Shown: piece by piece, positions 40,344-50,869 of the stretch | Layout: each line of letters starts with the position of its first letter | Position numbering within the stretch: position 1 is the first letter of the stretch | NCBI GenBank assembly: GCA_963422365.1 | Contig: OY729426.1 | Coordinates: forward strand, 864,001 to 928,000 | DNA length: 64,000 nucleotides | Direction of reading: 5' to 3' | Source of the DNA: Nitrospirales bacterium | GTDB taxonomy: Bacteria; Nitrospirota; Nitrospiria; Nitrospirales; UBA8639 | The notes under the pieces: generated by a model | Database searches by the model: none | What the model was told of the DNA's origin: nothing | Seen by the model: the letters and a program-made list of their open reading frames with translations, nothing else | Made by a program: the position numbers and the translations under genes

Positions 40344-41750
40344 TCAGGCCCAATGACGAATATCGACGAAGTGTCCGGTGAGGGCTGCTGCCGCGGCCAT
40401 CGCCGGCGAGACCAGGTGTGTTCGTCCCCCCTTTCCTTGACGGCCTTCGAAGTTTCGGTTGCTCGTCGAAGCGCAACGCTCACCAGGTTGGAGCATGTCG
40501 GCATTCATGGCCAGGCACATGCTGCAGCCAGACTCCCGCCATTCGGCACCGGCTGCTCGAAAAATTGTATCCAATCCTTCCTCTTCCGCTTGTTTTTTGA
40601 CCAGACCTGAACCGGGCACGATCATTGCTTTCACACTAGGTGCCACTTTTTTCCCTTTAAAGTAGGAGGCCGCCAAGCGTAAATCTTCAATCCGTGAATT
40701 CGTGCACGATCCGATAAACACCCGATCAATGTTGATATCCACGATAGGGGTTCCGGGTATGAGGGCCATGTAGTCGAGCGCTCGTGCCGTGGCATCCTGC
40801 GTTTCGACGTCGGAACAAGACCGAGGGTCTGGCACCGCGCCATCCACACCAGTTACCATTCCTGGATTCGTGCCCCACGTGACTTGAGGGGCAATGTCTT
40901 CCCCATGCAACGTGACGATTCGATCATAGGTGGCTCCAGGATCCGTGCGGAGCCTTTCCCAATGGTGGACGGCCTGGGGCCAGAGGTGTGCAGGGGGAGC
41001 CATGGGACGGTCCTTGATATAGGAGAGGGTGGTCTCGTCGGGGGCAAGCATGCCGGCGCGTGCTCCGCCTTCAATTGACATATTGCAGAGGGTCATTCGG
41101 CTTTCCATCGACAAGGAACGAACTGCCTCGCCCGTGTATTCCACGACGTATCCATTTCCTCCCGAGGTGCCGATGTGTCCAATGATGGCCAGGATCATAT
41201 CTTTTGCCGAACAGTGGGGAGAGAGTTGGCCGTCGACTCGGATTTCCATGGTTTGCGGTCGTTTTTGGATCAAACATTGGGTGGCCAGGACGTGTTCGAC
41301 TTCACTGGTCCCAATGCCAAAAGCCAACGCCCCGAATGCGCCGTGGGTGGAGGTATGAGAATCCCCGCAGACAATCGTCATTCCAGGCAAGGTGAGCCCT
41401 TGCTCCGGACCAATGACATGCACGATCCCCTGACGAATGTCATGCATGGAGAACATCGGAATGCCAAAGTCAGCGCAATGGTGTTCGAGCGTTTGAATTT
41501 GAATGCGACTCAAGGGGTCTGCAATGTCCACCCTTCGGTCGGTCGTTGGCACATTATGGTCGGGCACCGCGAGTGTCGCCTCTGGACGACGAGGATGACG
41601 TCCGGCGAGTTTGAGCCCTTCAAAGGCTTGAGGCGAGGTCACTTCATGGACTAAGTGGCGGTCGATATACAACAGGGTCGTGCCATTCGAGTCCTCATAC
41701 ACCACGTGAGGGTCCCATATTTTGTCAAAAAGAGTTTGTGTTGCCATCAA
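40344..41750 (-). CDS. leuC: 3-isopropylmalate dehydratase large subunit
   Basis: [40 protein letters not shown] and [12 protein letters not shown]. Confidence 0.97.
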   Translation of the reverse strand: MMATQTLFDKIWDPHVVYEDSNGTTLLYIDRHLVHEVTSPQAFEGLKLAGRHPRRPEATLAVPDHNVPTTDRRVDIADPLSRIQIQTLEHHCADFGIPMFSMHDIRQGIVHVIGPEQGLTLPGMTIVCGDSHTSTHGAFGALAFGIGTSEVEHVLATQCLIQKRPQTMEIRVDGQLSPHCSAKDMILAIIGHIGTSGGNGYVVEYTGEAVRSLSMESRMTLCNMSIEGGARAGMLAPDETTLSYIKDRPMAPPAHLWPQAVHHWERLRTDPGATYDRIVTLHGEDIAPQVTWGTNPGMVTGVDGAVPDPRSCSDVETQDATARALDYMALIPGTPIVDINIDRVFIGSCTNSRIEDLRLAASYFKGKKVAPSVKAMIVPGSGLVKKQAEEEGLDTIFRAAGAEWRESGCSMCLAMNADMLQPGERCASTSNRNFEGRQGKGGRTHLVSPAMAAAAALTGHFVDIRHWA

Positions 41751-42219
41751 ACAGCCCCCTATTCAGGGGTGTCAGTATGGCGCATCGGGGGCGCAGCGTG
41801 CAACCCACAGCTCGGATTTTTCCACCCAGTCTACGCCACTCGCGACGACCGGGTGCAAGAAGTCAGGACTAGCCTGACAAGCACTCCTTTCCTCAGCAAG
41901 CATCAGGGGGAATTTTGAGGGCAGGCGAGAGTTTTGCTATACTTTATGAGTCATTTCGTTTAAAGTTTTCCTTGTAAGGGGTTACCGGAACGTGAACAAT
42001 GTGCTGACTGTTTCGCCTCTCCCGTCTAACGTCAGCCTCTCGGAAAAGCAGAATTCCCTTTGTCACCGGATGTGAGTTGTTGTCTTTCTTCTTGGACAAC
42101 CTGCTAGTGGAGAGCGAATCCATGGGGAGGCTGTCATCGAATGAAGTGAAGAACGATGCAAAGGGCCATCGGTTCCACTCCTACCGGAGAACAACTGTCC
42201 ACCCTTCAGTTAGGACTGA

Positions 42220-43290
<1,071 letters not shown>

Positions 43291-43304
43291 AGGAACAACT
43301 TCTT

Positions 43305-44207
43305 ATGAGTGGCCGGTTTCGGCCTGGGGTGTTTTGGGGTTCTGGCGTGAGGCAGATCAGCGTGGTCGTCTTCGCGCTTGCCTTTGTCGTGTTCGCTCTC
43401 CTCCCTCGGCAAGCTCAATTTCTCCTTCACAAGATAGGCCAGCCTTTTGCCGACATCGTCGCCATTCCCATTGAAGGGATGGCGATGATTGATCGGGGTA
43501 TACGTGAGTGGTGGATGCAGTATCTTGCCCTCCAAGGCGTCTCAGAACAAAACCGTGAGCTTCGGAAAAAGGTTCAGCAACTCAAAGGTGAATTGAATCA
43601 ATTACGAGAACAGGCGCTAGCTGCAGAACGGTTAGCCGGTTTATTGGAATTTCAAAAGCAAGAATCGATCCAGATGGTGGTGGCAAGGGTTATTGGCCGA
43701 ACTCTGTCGAATTGGTATCAAGGCGTGATTCTGAATAAAGGTGAAGATGACGGCATTCGAGTCGAAATGGGTGTCATCACGCCGACCGGGGTGGTGGGGC
43801 AAATCGTTAGAACCGCAGGGTCCACGAGTATTGCCTTGTTGATGATCGACCCGAACGTTGCCGTCACGGGAGTAGTCCAACGAACGCGGGATGAAGGGAT
43901 TGTTCAGGGAACATCGCAAGGTCTTGTGCGCATGAAATATATCCCTCCGCTTTCCTCAGTCAAAAAAGGCGATGCCGTGATCACGTCAGGGCTGACGGGA
44001 GGATTTCCTCGAGGTGTGTTGATTGGGGAAGTGTCACGTGTTGAAGAAAGTGAAGACGGGTTGTTTCAAACCGCCGAAATCGTCCCCGCGGTGCAGTCTC
44101 GACAATTGGACGAAGTGTTGATCGTCCTTTCTCCTCGATCACCAGACGCCATGATTTCCCTTGATCCAGCTTTGGTTGCCCTAAGGCACCAGAATCCAAC
44201 TCCATGA
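43305..44207 (+). CDS. mreC: Rod shape-determining protein MreC
   Basis: TM, coiled coil, ARVIGR, LNKGEDDG and TSGLTGGFPRG. Confidence 0.93.
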   Translation: MSGRFRPGVFWGSGVRQISVVVFALAFVVFALLPRQAQFLLHKIGQPFADIVAIPIEGMAMIDRGIREWWMQYLALQGVSEQNRELRKKVQQLKGELNQLREQALAAERLAGLLEFQKQESIQMVVARVIGRTLSNWYQGVILNKGEDDGIRVEMGVITPTGVVGQIVRTAGSTSIALLMIDPNVAVTGVVQRTRDEGIVQGTSQGLVRMKYIPPLSSVKKGDAVITSGLTGGFPRGVLIGEVSRVEESEDGLFQTAEIVPAVQSRQLDEVLIVLSPRSPDAMISLDPALVALRHQNPTP

Positions 44208-44692
44208 AGATCAGTGCTTATACGGTGTGTGTTCTGTTCCTTTTTCCCTTGCAGGCCACCTTGTTATCTTCTTTGAGTCCCCTTGGACTCCGGCCGGATC
44301 TCTGTCTCGTCACCGCCTGTTTAGTGGGATTTTGGACGGGACGGGTTCAAGGATTGATTGTTGGGTTCTGCCTAGGGTTTGTACAAGATTTATTTTCTGC
44401 CAGTATGCTTTGGCTGAATACGTTCACAAAAGCCGGGGTGGGAGTCTTAGCCGGCGTCTTTGCGCAAAATTTATCCAATAGGGCATCCTATGCCGCCTTT
44501 TTGCCGATCATGGCGTGTTCCCTTCTTGCGGCAATCGTGTTTTTGCTGTCGTCACGTATGGGAATGGGCCTAGGAGAGGTGCTCTATGGGTTTTCCGCTA
44601 TCTTACTTCCTCAAGCCATCTTGGATGGACTTGTGGCCATCGTGGCCAATTGCGTCATTGTGAGGTGGATGGTCGAAGCTCAAAGTGCGTGA
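44204..44692 (+). CDS. mreD: Rod shape-determining protein MreD
   Basis: Hydrophobic protein with RPDL and GFVQD motifs between mreC and mrdA. Confidence 0.85.
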   Translation: MKISAYTVCVLFLFPLQATLLSSLSPLGLRPDLCLVTACLVGFWTGRVQGLIVGFCLGFVQDLFSASMLWLNTFTKAGVGVLAGVFAQNLSNRASYAAFLPIMACSLLAAIVFLLSSRMGMGLGEVLYGFSAILLPQAILDGLVAIVANCVIVRWMVEAQSA

Positions 44693-44728
44693 AGGATGTC
44701 TTGGGCTTCATCATGGTGATCGCTGTCG

Positions 44729-46621
44729 GTGAAGGACGCAATGCTTGATCCTGGTCTCCAATCAACTGAATTACCGGAAATCCAACGACGATTACTTTTT
44801 ATCAAAATAGGGGTGTTGATTGTCGTGGGGCTGTTGGTCGTGCGGTTATGGCAACTTCAAGTTCGTGATGGGGCTCACTATCGAAATCTCTCTCATGATA
44901 ATCGCACCCGATCTGTCTTGTTACATCCGGTTCGCGGACTCATTTATGACCGGAATGGGATCGTGCTGGCGAATAGTGTCCCGAGTTTCAACTTGTATGT
45001 CCAACTGAACGATGTGCCAAACCGTGAAGCCCTGATTGGAACACTCATCGAGTTCTTGTCGTTGGACGAGCGTGAGCTGAACAAAAAAATTCAGGCCAAG
45101 GGAAGGAGCACGCTCGTCTGCCTTCAGGAAGACCTCAGTCTCAAAGAAGCGGCCATTGTCGAATCGCATCGGTTAGATCTGCCCGGTGTGGTGATTCGTC
45201 CAGAATTTCAGCGAAACAATCCTCAAGGACCTTATGCCGCCCATGTACTTGGCTATGTTGGGGTCGTCTCAGAGGAGCAACTCGCACGGGAAGCGTTTCA
45301 AGGACTTTCACTAGGCAGCATCATAGGCCAGTATGGCGTGGAACGGATCTATGATAAGTCGTTGCGAGGCCGGGCAGGGAGAAAGCTCATCGAAGTCGAT
45401 GCCTTGGGTCATGAGAAGCGCATGATTTCCGTGGACAAACCTCAAGCGGGCAACGATGTGCATCTCACGATTGACTTTCGTTTGCAAAAATTGGCGGAAG
45501 ATTTGTTGGGAGAAGAAGCCGGCGCGATTGCTGCCTTAAATCCTCAAACGGGAGAAATGCTGGCCTTGGCGAGTCGCCCAGGTTTTGATCCCAATGCCTT
45601 ATCCCGTGGGTTACGTTCCAATGAATGGAACAAAATTCTTCAGGATACACGCTATCCTCTGATGAATCGAGCGATTCAAGGGCAGTATCCACCAGGTTCC
45701 ACGTTTAAAATCATTCTCGCGACAGCTGCCCTTGAGACCAATGCGATTGACCTCACCGAGACGCTTCATTGTGGTGGAGGGTTTCAATTGGGGAAACGAA
45801 CCTTTCGGGATTGGAAAGCGGATGGTCATGGCGCGGTCAATTTACATAAGGCGATGGCCAACTCGTGCGATGTGTACTTTTATCGCTTAGGCTATCGCAT
45901 GGGGATGGAGACGATTGCGGCCTATGCGACACAATTTGGGTTAGGAGCGCGAACGGGGATTGACCTCCCTTCCGAAGAGACAGGGATCCTCCCGTCCCCG
46001 GAATGGAAACGGCAAACACGGGGGGAACCCTGGTACCCGGGTGAAACCGTTTCCGCGTCGATCGGGCAAGGCTATGTCACGGTCACACCGCTTCAAATGG
46101 CGAAAGTGATTGCCACGATTGGCAATAATGGGATTCCGTCTCAACCGTATTTAGTTCGTGGAGTACGGCGGCGAGAGAGCGAATGGATTGAGCAGTGGAC
46201 TCCGACGCAAGACCCCCCCTTGACGCTCCAACCGCATCAACTGCAAGGTATCCAAACGGCTCTTGCCGCGGTGGTTACCGAAGGGACGGCACAACAGGCT
46301 CGATCTTCGATGGTCAGGATTGCGGGGAAAACAGGGACGGCGCAGGTGGTCTCATTACGCCCAGACTCTAAAGAAGACATTCCCAAGAAATTTCGAGACC
46401 ATGCCTGGTTTGTCGCCTATGCGCCCTTAGAAAATCCCCGCATTGCCGTGGCGGTGTTGCTTGAGCATATGGGCCACGGTGGGTCTGCGGCAGCCCCCCT
46501 GGCAAAAGAACTGATTGAGGCCTATGTGTCATATGGGGTTGATGGGGAGAACAAGATACAGGCTTCTCGTGCGTTGCCTTCCCACAAGATACCGAAAAAG
46601 AGGAAGCGGTTGCATGGGTGA
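44729..46621 (+). CDS. mrdA: Penicillin-binding protein 2
   Basis: RGLIYDRNG, YPPGSTFK (SxxK), SCD and KTGT. Confidence 0.95.
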   Translation: MKDAMLDPGLQSTELPEIQRRLLFIKIGVLIVVGLLVVRLWQLQVRDGAHYRNLSHDNRTRSVLLHPVRGLIYDRNGIVLANSVPSFNLYVQLNDVPNREALIGTLIEFLSLDERELNKKIQAKGRSTLVCLQEDLSLKEAAIVESHRLDLPGVVIRPEFQRNNPQGPYAAHVLGYVGVVSEEQLAREAFQGLSLGSIIGQYGVERIYDKSLRGRAGRKLIEVDALGHEKRMISVDKPQAGNDVHLTIDFRLQKLAEDLLGEEAGAIAALNPQTGEMLALASRPGFDPNALSRGLRSNEWNKILQDTRYPLMNRAIQGQYPPGSTFKIILATAALETNAIDLTETLHCGGGFQLGKRTFRDWKADGHGAVNLHKAMANSCDVYFYRLGYRMGMETIAAYATQFGLGARTGIDLPSEETGILPSPEWKRQTRGEPWYPGETVSASIGQGYVTVTPLQMAKVIATIGNNGIPSQPYLVRGVRRRESEWIEQWTPTQDPPLTLQPHQLQGIQTALAAVVTEGTAQQARSSMVRIAGKTGTAQVVSLRPDSKEDIPKKFRDHAWFVAYAPLENPRIAVAVLLEHMGHGGSAAAPLAKELIEAYVSYGVDGENKIQASRALPSHKIPKKRKRLHG

Positions 46622-47735
46622 ACCGTGGAGCCGCAGTCGAGGGTTAGACGGGTTTGATTGGTGTTTTTGCGGTATCATCCTCGCACTGGCATCCATTGGG
46701 ATCTTGACCATTTATAGCGTGACGGCAGAGGGTGCAGTGGGTCGGTTTCCTGTTTATGTGAAACAGGTGATATGGGTCGGTGTGGGAAGTTTGGCCTTTC
46801 TGGTGGTGTCGAGCATTGATTACCATCAATTAGCTCGATGGTCGTATCTGCTGTACGCATTGGCGTTGCTTCTCCTCGTGGTCGTTCTCTTCAGCGGGAA
46901 GAGCAGTCGCGGTGCCCAACGATGGATGTCCTTGGGGCCCATAGCGTTTCAGCCTTCAGAATTTGCGAAAATTCCGATTCTCTTAGTCTTGGCCGTCTAT
47001 TATTCCACCCAAACTCGGCGGGGTTGGTGGTATCGGGTTATCGTGCCGGCATTGATCACCTTGCCGGGGTTTTTCTTGATTCTGAAGCAACCGGATTTGG
47101 GGAGCAGTCTCAGCGTTCTGTCGATTTATGTCATCTTGCTTTTTGCTGTAGGCGTCAAGTCTAAAACTTGGGGGTTGGTACTCTTGTCGGCGTTGATGCT
47201 TTTCCCCTTTGCCTGGAGTGAATTATGGGGGTTTCTTCATGACTATCAAAAGGAACGGATCTTAAGTTTTGTGGATCCTGAATATGATCCAGCCGGAAAA
47301 GGCTACCAAGGGCTGCAATCTCGCATTGCCGTGGGCTCAGGGGAATTAATAGGAAAAGGGTTCCATGGTGGGACGCAAACGCAATTTAAATTTCTTCCGG
47401 AAGGCCACACCGATTTTATCTTTGCGGTCTTGGCCGAGGAATGGGGATTTTGGGGTGGCGTGTTTTTCATCAGCCTCTTTCTCGCGCTGTTGTTATTGGG
47501 GCTGGAGATTGCGGCGAAGGCCAAAGATATGCTGGGCGCCCTGTTGGCCGTTGGGCTTGTGGGCATGTTGGCATTTAATATGGTTGTCAATGTAGGTATG
47601 ACCATTGGTCTGACACCCATCGTCGGCATTCCTTTGCCATTACTCAGTTATGGGGGGAGTGCGACTATTATGACGATGGCAGCGTTGGGACTGCTGTTCA
47701 GTGTGAGGAGAAAAGGGCTGACGTTAGTGGCGTGA
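46614..47735 (+). CDS. rodA: Rod shape-determining protein RodA
   Basis: FQPSEFAK, QPDLG, LPEGHTDFIF and PLLSYGGS; ATG 46614 overlaps the mrdA stop. Confidence 0.95.
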   Translation: MGEPWSRSRGLDGFDWCFCGIILALASIGILTIYSVTAEGAVGRFPVYVKQVIWVGVGSLAFLVVSSIDYHQLARWSYLLYALALLLLVVVLFSGKSSRGAQRWMSLGPIAFQPSEFAKIPILLVLAVYYSTQTRRGWWYRVIVPALITLPGFFLILKQPDLGSSLSVLSIYVILLFAVGVKSKTWGLVLLSALMLFPFAWSELWGFLHDYQKERILSFVDPEYDPAGKGYQGLQSRIAVGSGELIGKGFHGGTQTQFKFLPEGHTDFIFAVLAEEWGFWGGVFFISLFLALLLLGLEIAAKAKDMLGALLAVGLVGMLAFNMVVNVGMTIGLTPIVGIPLPLLSYGGSATIMTMAALGLLFSVRRKGLTLVA

Positions 47736-47906
47736 GTCGTCGTTCACACGGGTTCGCTCCCTGCCCTGTACCAGCATTGACAGTTTGACGCAACGTATAA
47801 TCCATGTCACGTTTTTCGGTAGATGACCCTGGGCGCGGCGGGCTATGGAGAGAGATTCCCCACTGAGTCGCACGCGTCTTGGTTGAGGAAATAAAGGAGT
47901 GTCTGT

Positions 47907-49436
47907 ATGGGTATTGAGATTGCCATCAATAGCAACTCTCAAGAAACGCGCGTGGCGGTTCTGGAGAATAAGGTTGTCACAGAATTATACGTGGATCGAG
48001 CAAAGAAAAAGGATTTTGTGGGCAACGTGTATAAAGGCAAAGTCGTGAAAGTGCTACCCGGTATGCAAGCCGCGTTTGTTGATATTGGGCTGGGGCGTGC
48101 CGCGTTTATGCATGTGTCGGATCTGTCGGTGGGCACCGAACCCGGCGATATCTTGGTCGACAGTGACGAAGATGAGAAGGGACCAGAATTCCCGCGTCCT
48201 CGACGGCAAACGGTCCTGCCCATTCAAGAATTGTTAGAAGAAGACCAAGAACTCATCGTGCAAATTTCCAAAGGCCCGATTGGTACCAAAGGCCCGCGAG
48301 TCACCTCTTATTGTTCCTTGCCAGGACGGTTTTTGGTGTTCATGCCGAACGTCGATCATATTGGGATCTCACGACGTATTGCCGAGGACGATGAGCGCAG
48401 TCGTCTCAAAGACATCATGAAACGCATTCGTGAGCCGGGCTATGGATACATTGTGCGGACGGTGAGCGAGGGGGTGAGCGAGGAAGATCTCAAATCGGAT
48501 GTCGGGTTTTTAACCGCGATGTGGCAAGATATTTTAAAGAAGCAAGATTCCTATCCTGCTCCTGCCGCCTTGCATACTGATTTGGACCTGACGCTTCGGG
48601 TGGTGCGAGATTTATTTACCAAAAACGTCAGGAGGCTGTTTATCGATTCGAAAGAAGCATGTGAAACGGTCAAAGAGTTTGTTCGGCGGTATCTTCCTGG
48701 CCAAACCTCTCGAATTTTTCATTACGATAAGGACGAGAGTTTGTTTGATCATTTAGGGATTGAGATGGAAATCTCTCGAGCCTTGAGTCGAAAAGTATGG
48801 CTCAAGTCTGGCGGCCATATCGTTATTGATTATGCGGAAGCCATGACGGTGGTAGACGTCAACACGGGGCGTTACGTTGGAAAGCGTGATCAAGAAGAGA
48901 CGATCTTGAAAAACAACTTGGAAGCGGCTCGCGAGATTGCCTACCAGATTAAACTTCGCGGAATAGGGGGAATTATTATTATTGATTTTATTGATATGGA
49001 ACGAGGACGGAATCGCGACAAAGTCTATCAAGTCCTCGTGGACGCGATGGCCAGTGATAAAGCGAGAACGCGTATTTCTCGTATCAGCGATCTAGGGTTG
49101 GTCGAAATTTCTCGGGAACGCGTTCGGGAAGACTTACTCCGGACGCTCTCAGATATTTGTTCTGATTGTGATGGCCGTGGCTATACAAGATCCGCTCTCA
49201 CGGTGGTGTACGATATTTTTCGGGATATCCGGCGGATCGGACGAGCAGCCGGACAGCAAACCGTAGTGGTCGGGGCTCATCCTCATATCGTGGATATGCT
49301 GCAAGATACGGAGCCTGAAACTCTTGAGCGACTCCAACGGGAATTTCATTACCAGATTGTTGTGAATGCTGATCCCCTGCTCTCTCTTGAACAGTATGAT
49401 ATTGTGGTGTTAGGAGAAGGTGCGGGGGTGGTCTAG
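47907..49436 (+). CDS. rng: Ribonuclease G (Rne/Rng family)
   Basis: GNVYKGKV..VLPGMQAAFVDIG, DVNTG and GGIIIIDFIDM. Confidence 0.93.
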   Translation: MGIEIAINSNSQETRVAVLENKVVTELYVDRAKKKDFVGNVYKGKVVKVLPGMQAAFVDIGLGRAAFMHVSDLSVGTEPGDILVDSDEDEKGPEFPRPRRQTVLPIQELLEEDQELIVQISKGPIGTKGPRVTSYCSLPGRFLVFMPNVDHIGISRRIAEDDERSRLKDIMKRIREPGYGYIVRTVSEGVSEEDLKSDVGFLTAMWQDILKKQDSYPAPAALHTDLDLTLRVVRDLFTKNVRRLFIDSKEACETVKEFVRRYLPGQTSRIFHYDKDESLFDHLGIEMEISRALSRKVWLKSGGHIVIDYAEAMTVVDVNTGRYVGKRDQEETILKNNLEAAREIAYQIKLRGIGGIIIIDFIDMERGRNRDKVYQVLVDAMASDKARTRISRISDLGLVEISRERVREDLLRTLSDICSDCDGRGYTRSALTVVYDIFRDIRRIGRAAGQQTVVVGAHPHIVDMLQDTEPETLERLQREFHYQIVVNADPLLSLEQYDIVVLGEGAGVV

Positions 49437-49534
49437 CCGGCTGGGGTACATCCCAACTCCGTCGCGTGTGCCGGTCTTCGAGAACCTCGCTCAGGCGAAG
49501 GGTTGGCTAGCCCTGTGTTCAAGACCGATGAACA

Positions 49535-50662
49535 ATGGAATCGCTAGAAGCGTGGCTGATCTTACGGTCAGTTAAAGGATTAAGTGACGGGACCATCTGT
49601 GCCCTCATTCGGTATTTTGGCGGGCCGAAGGAAGTTCTGTCGGCTTCCGCGGGTGAGTTACGACAAGTGGCAGGGCTTCGCTCGTCTGTGGTGACCTCCT
49701 TACGAAAGGAACCTGATCCAAGCGTTGTTGCGCACGTTCGCAAAGAAATGCGGCTGATCGAAAAGGGAGAGAGTTCGATTGTCACGATTTTGGATGTGAC
49801 CTATCCCAGTCGGCTGGCGATGATCCCTGATCCACCGCCTCTGTTGTATGTTCGCGGCACCCTTCCCTCGTGTGACGATCATGCGGTCGCGATTGTGGGG
49901 TCGAGAAAAGCGACGCCATCGGGGATTCTCATGACACAGGAGCTCAGTCACAGTTTAGCCGCTATGGGGTTTACGATTGTGAGTGGACTGGCGAGGGGAA
50001 TTGACGCGGCCGCCCATCGAGGCGCGCTGACGGCCAAGGCCAAGACGGTTGCCGTAGTCGGGTGTGGAGTGGATCGAACCTATCCGCCCGAACATCAACA
50101 ATTACGGAATGAGATTGAAGTCAATGGCGCCGTGGTGTCGGAATTGCCGCTTGGATCCCCGCCGCTGCCGTATCATTTCCCTCGCCGAAATCGGATTATC
50201 AGCGGATTGTCGTTAGGCGTGATCGTCTCGGAAGCCAGTCAGAAAAGTGGGGCGCTTCTCACGGCACGATTTGCGCTCGAGCAGAACCGTGAGGTCTTTG
50301 CCATCCCGGGTGCCGTCAACAATGGGAAACATCAAGGGGCTCATGGACTCATTAAACAAGGGGCCAAACTTGTTGAAGAGGCGCGCGACATCGTTGAAGA
50401 ATTGCTCCCCCAACTTGACGGATCCTTTCGCGATCAAGTAAAGAATGCCGGTTTTCAGGAGACGGCCTCTCCGGTCTTCACCACCAAGGAGCAGCAGGTG
50501 CTGGCTTTTTTTCATGATGATCCGGTATCGATCGATGAGGTGTTGACGCAAGCGCCTTTTGCTCTTGCCGAGGTCATGAGTCTCTTGTTAAGCCTGGAAT
50601 TACGAGGGCACATTCAACAGGTGCCCGGTTCCTGTTATATCAGGAGGTCAGGTCAGGGATAG
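49535..50662 (+). CDS. dprA: DNA-processing protein DprA
   Basis: AIVGSRKA, IVSGLARGIDAAAH, FPRRNRIISGLS and SGALLTA. Confidence 0.96.
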   Translation: MESLEAWLILRSVKGLSDGTICALIRYFGGPKEVLSASAGELRQVAGLRSSVVTSLRKEPDPSVVAHVRKEMRLIEKGESSIVTILDVTYPSRLAMIPDPPPLLYVRGTLPSCDDHAVAIVGSRKATPSGILMTQELSHSLAAMGFTIVSGLARGIDAAAHRGALTAKAKTVAVVGCGVDRTYPPEHQQLRNEIEVNGAVVSELPLGSPPLPYHFPRRNRIISGLSLGVIVSEASQKSGALLTARFALEQNREVFAIPGAVNNGKHQGAHGLIKQGAKLVEEARDIVEELLPQLDGSFRDQVKNAGFQETASPVFTTKEQQVLAFFHDDPVSIDEVLTQAPFALAEVMSLLLSLELRGHIQQVPGSCYIRRSGQG

Positions 50663-50869
50663 CAGGCTCGTCGCGGAACGGCGTCGTACAGCGGTCAAGA
50701 ATTCCGGAAACGTGTTGGTCTGACCACCACCACCACCCGAGAGATCGTGAACACAGGGTGACGGCGTTGGACCAGGATGAAACCGATCTCGATCATGTAA
50801 GTGTGTGAAGATGAGGATGTTATACGGCTACACAGGGCTACAGGATTTGACTGAAGACTGGGTATTTTT

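Noticed and set aside
47777..47801. TTGACA and TATAAT upstream of rng as a promoter pair
   Set aside because: Spacing is 13 nt, too short for a sigma70 pairing; the -10 alone may still be real.
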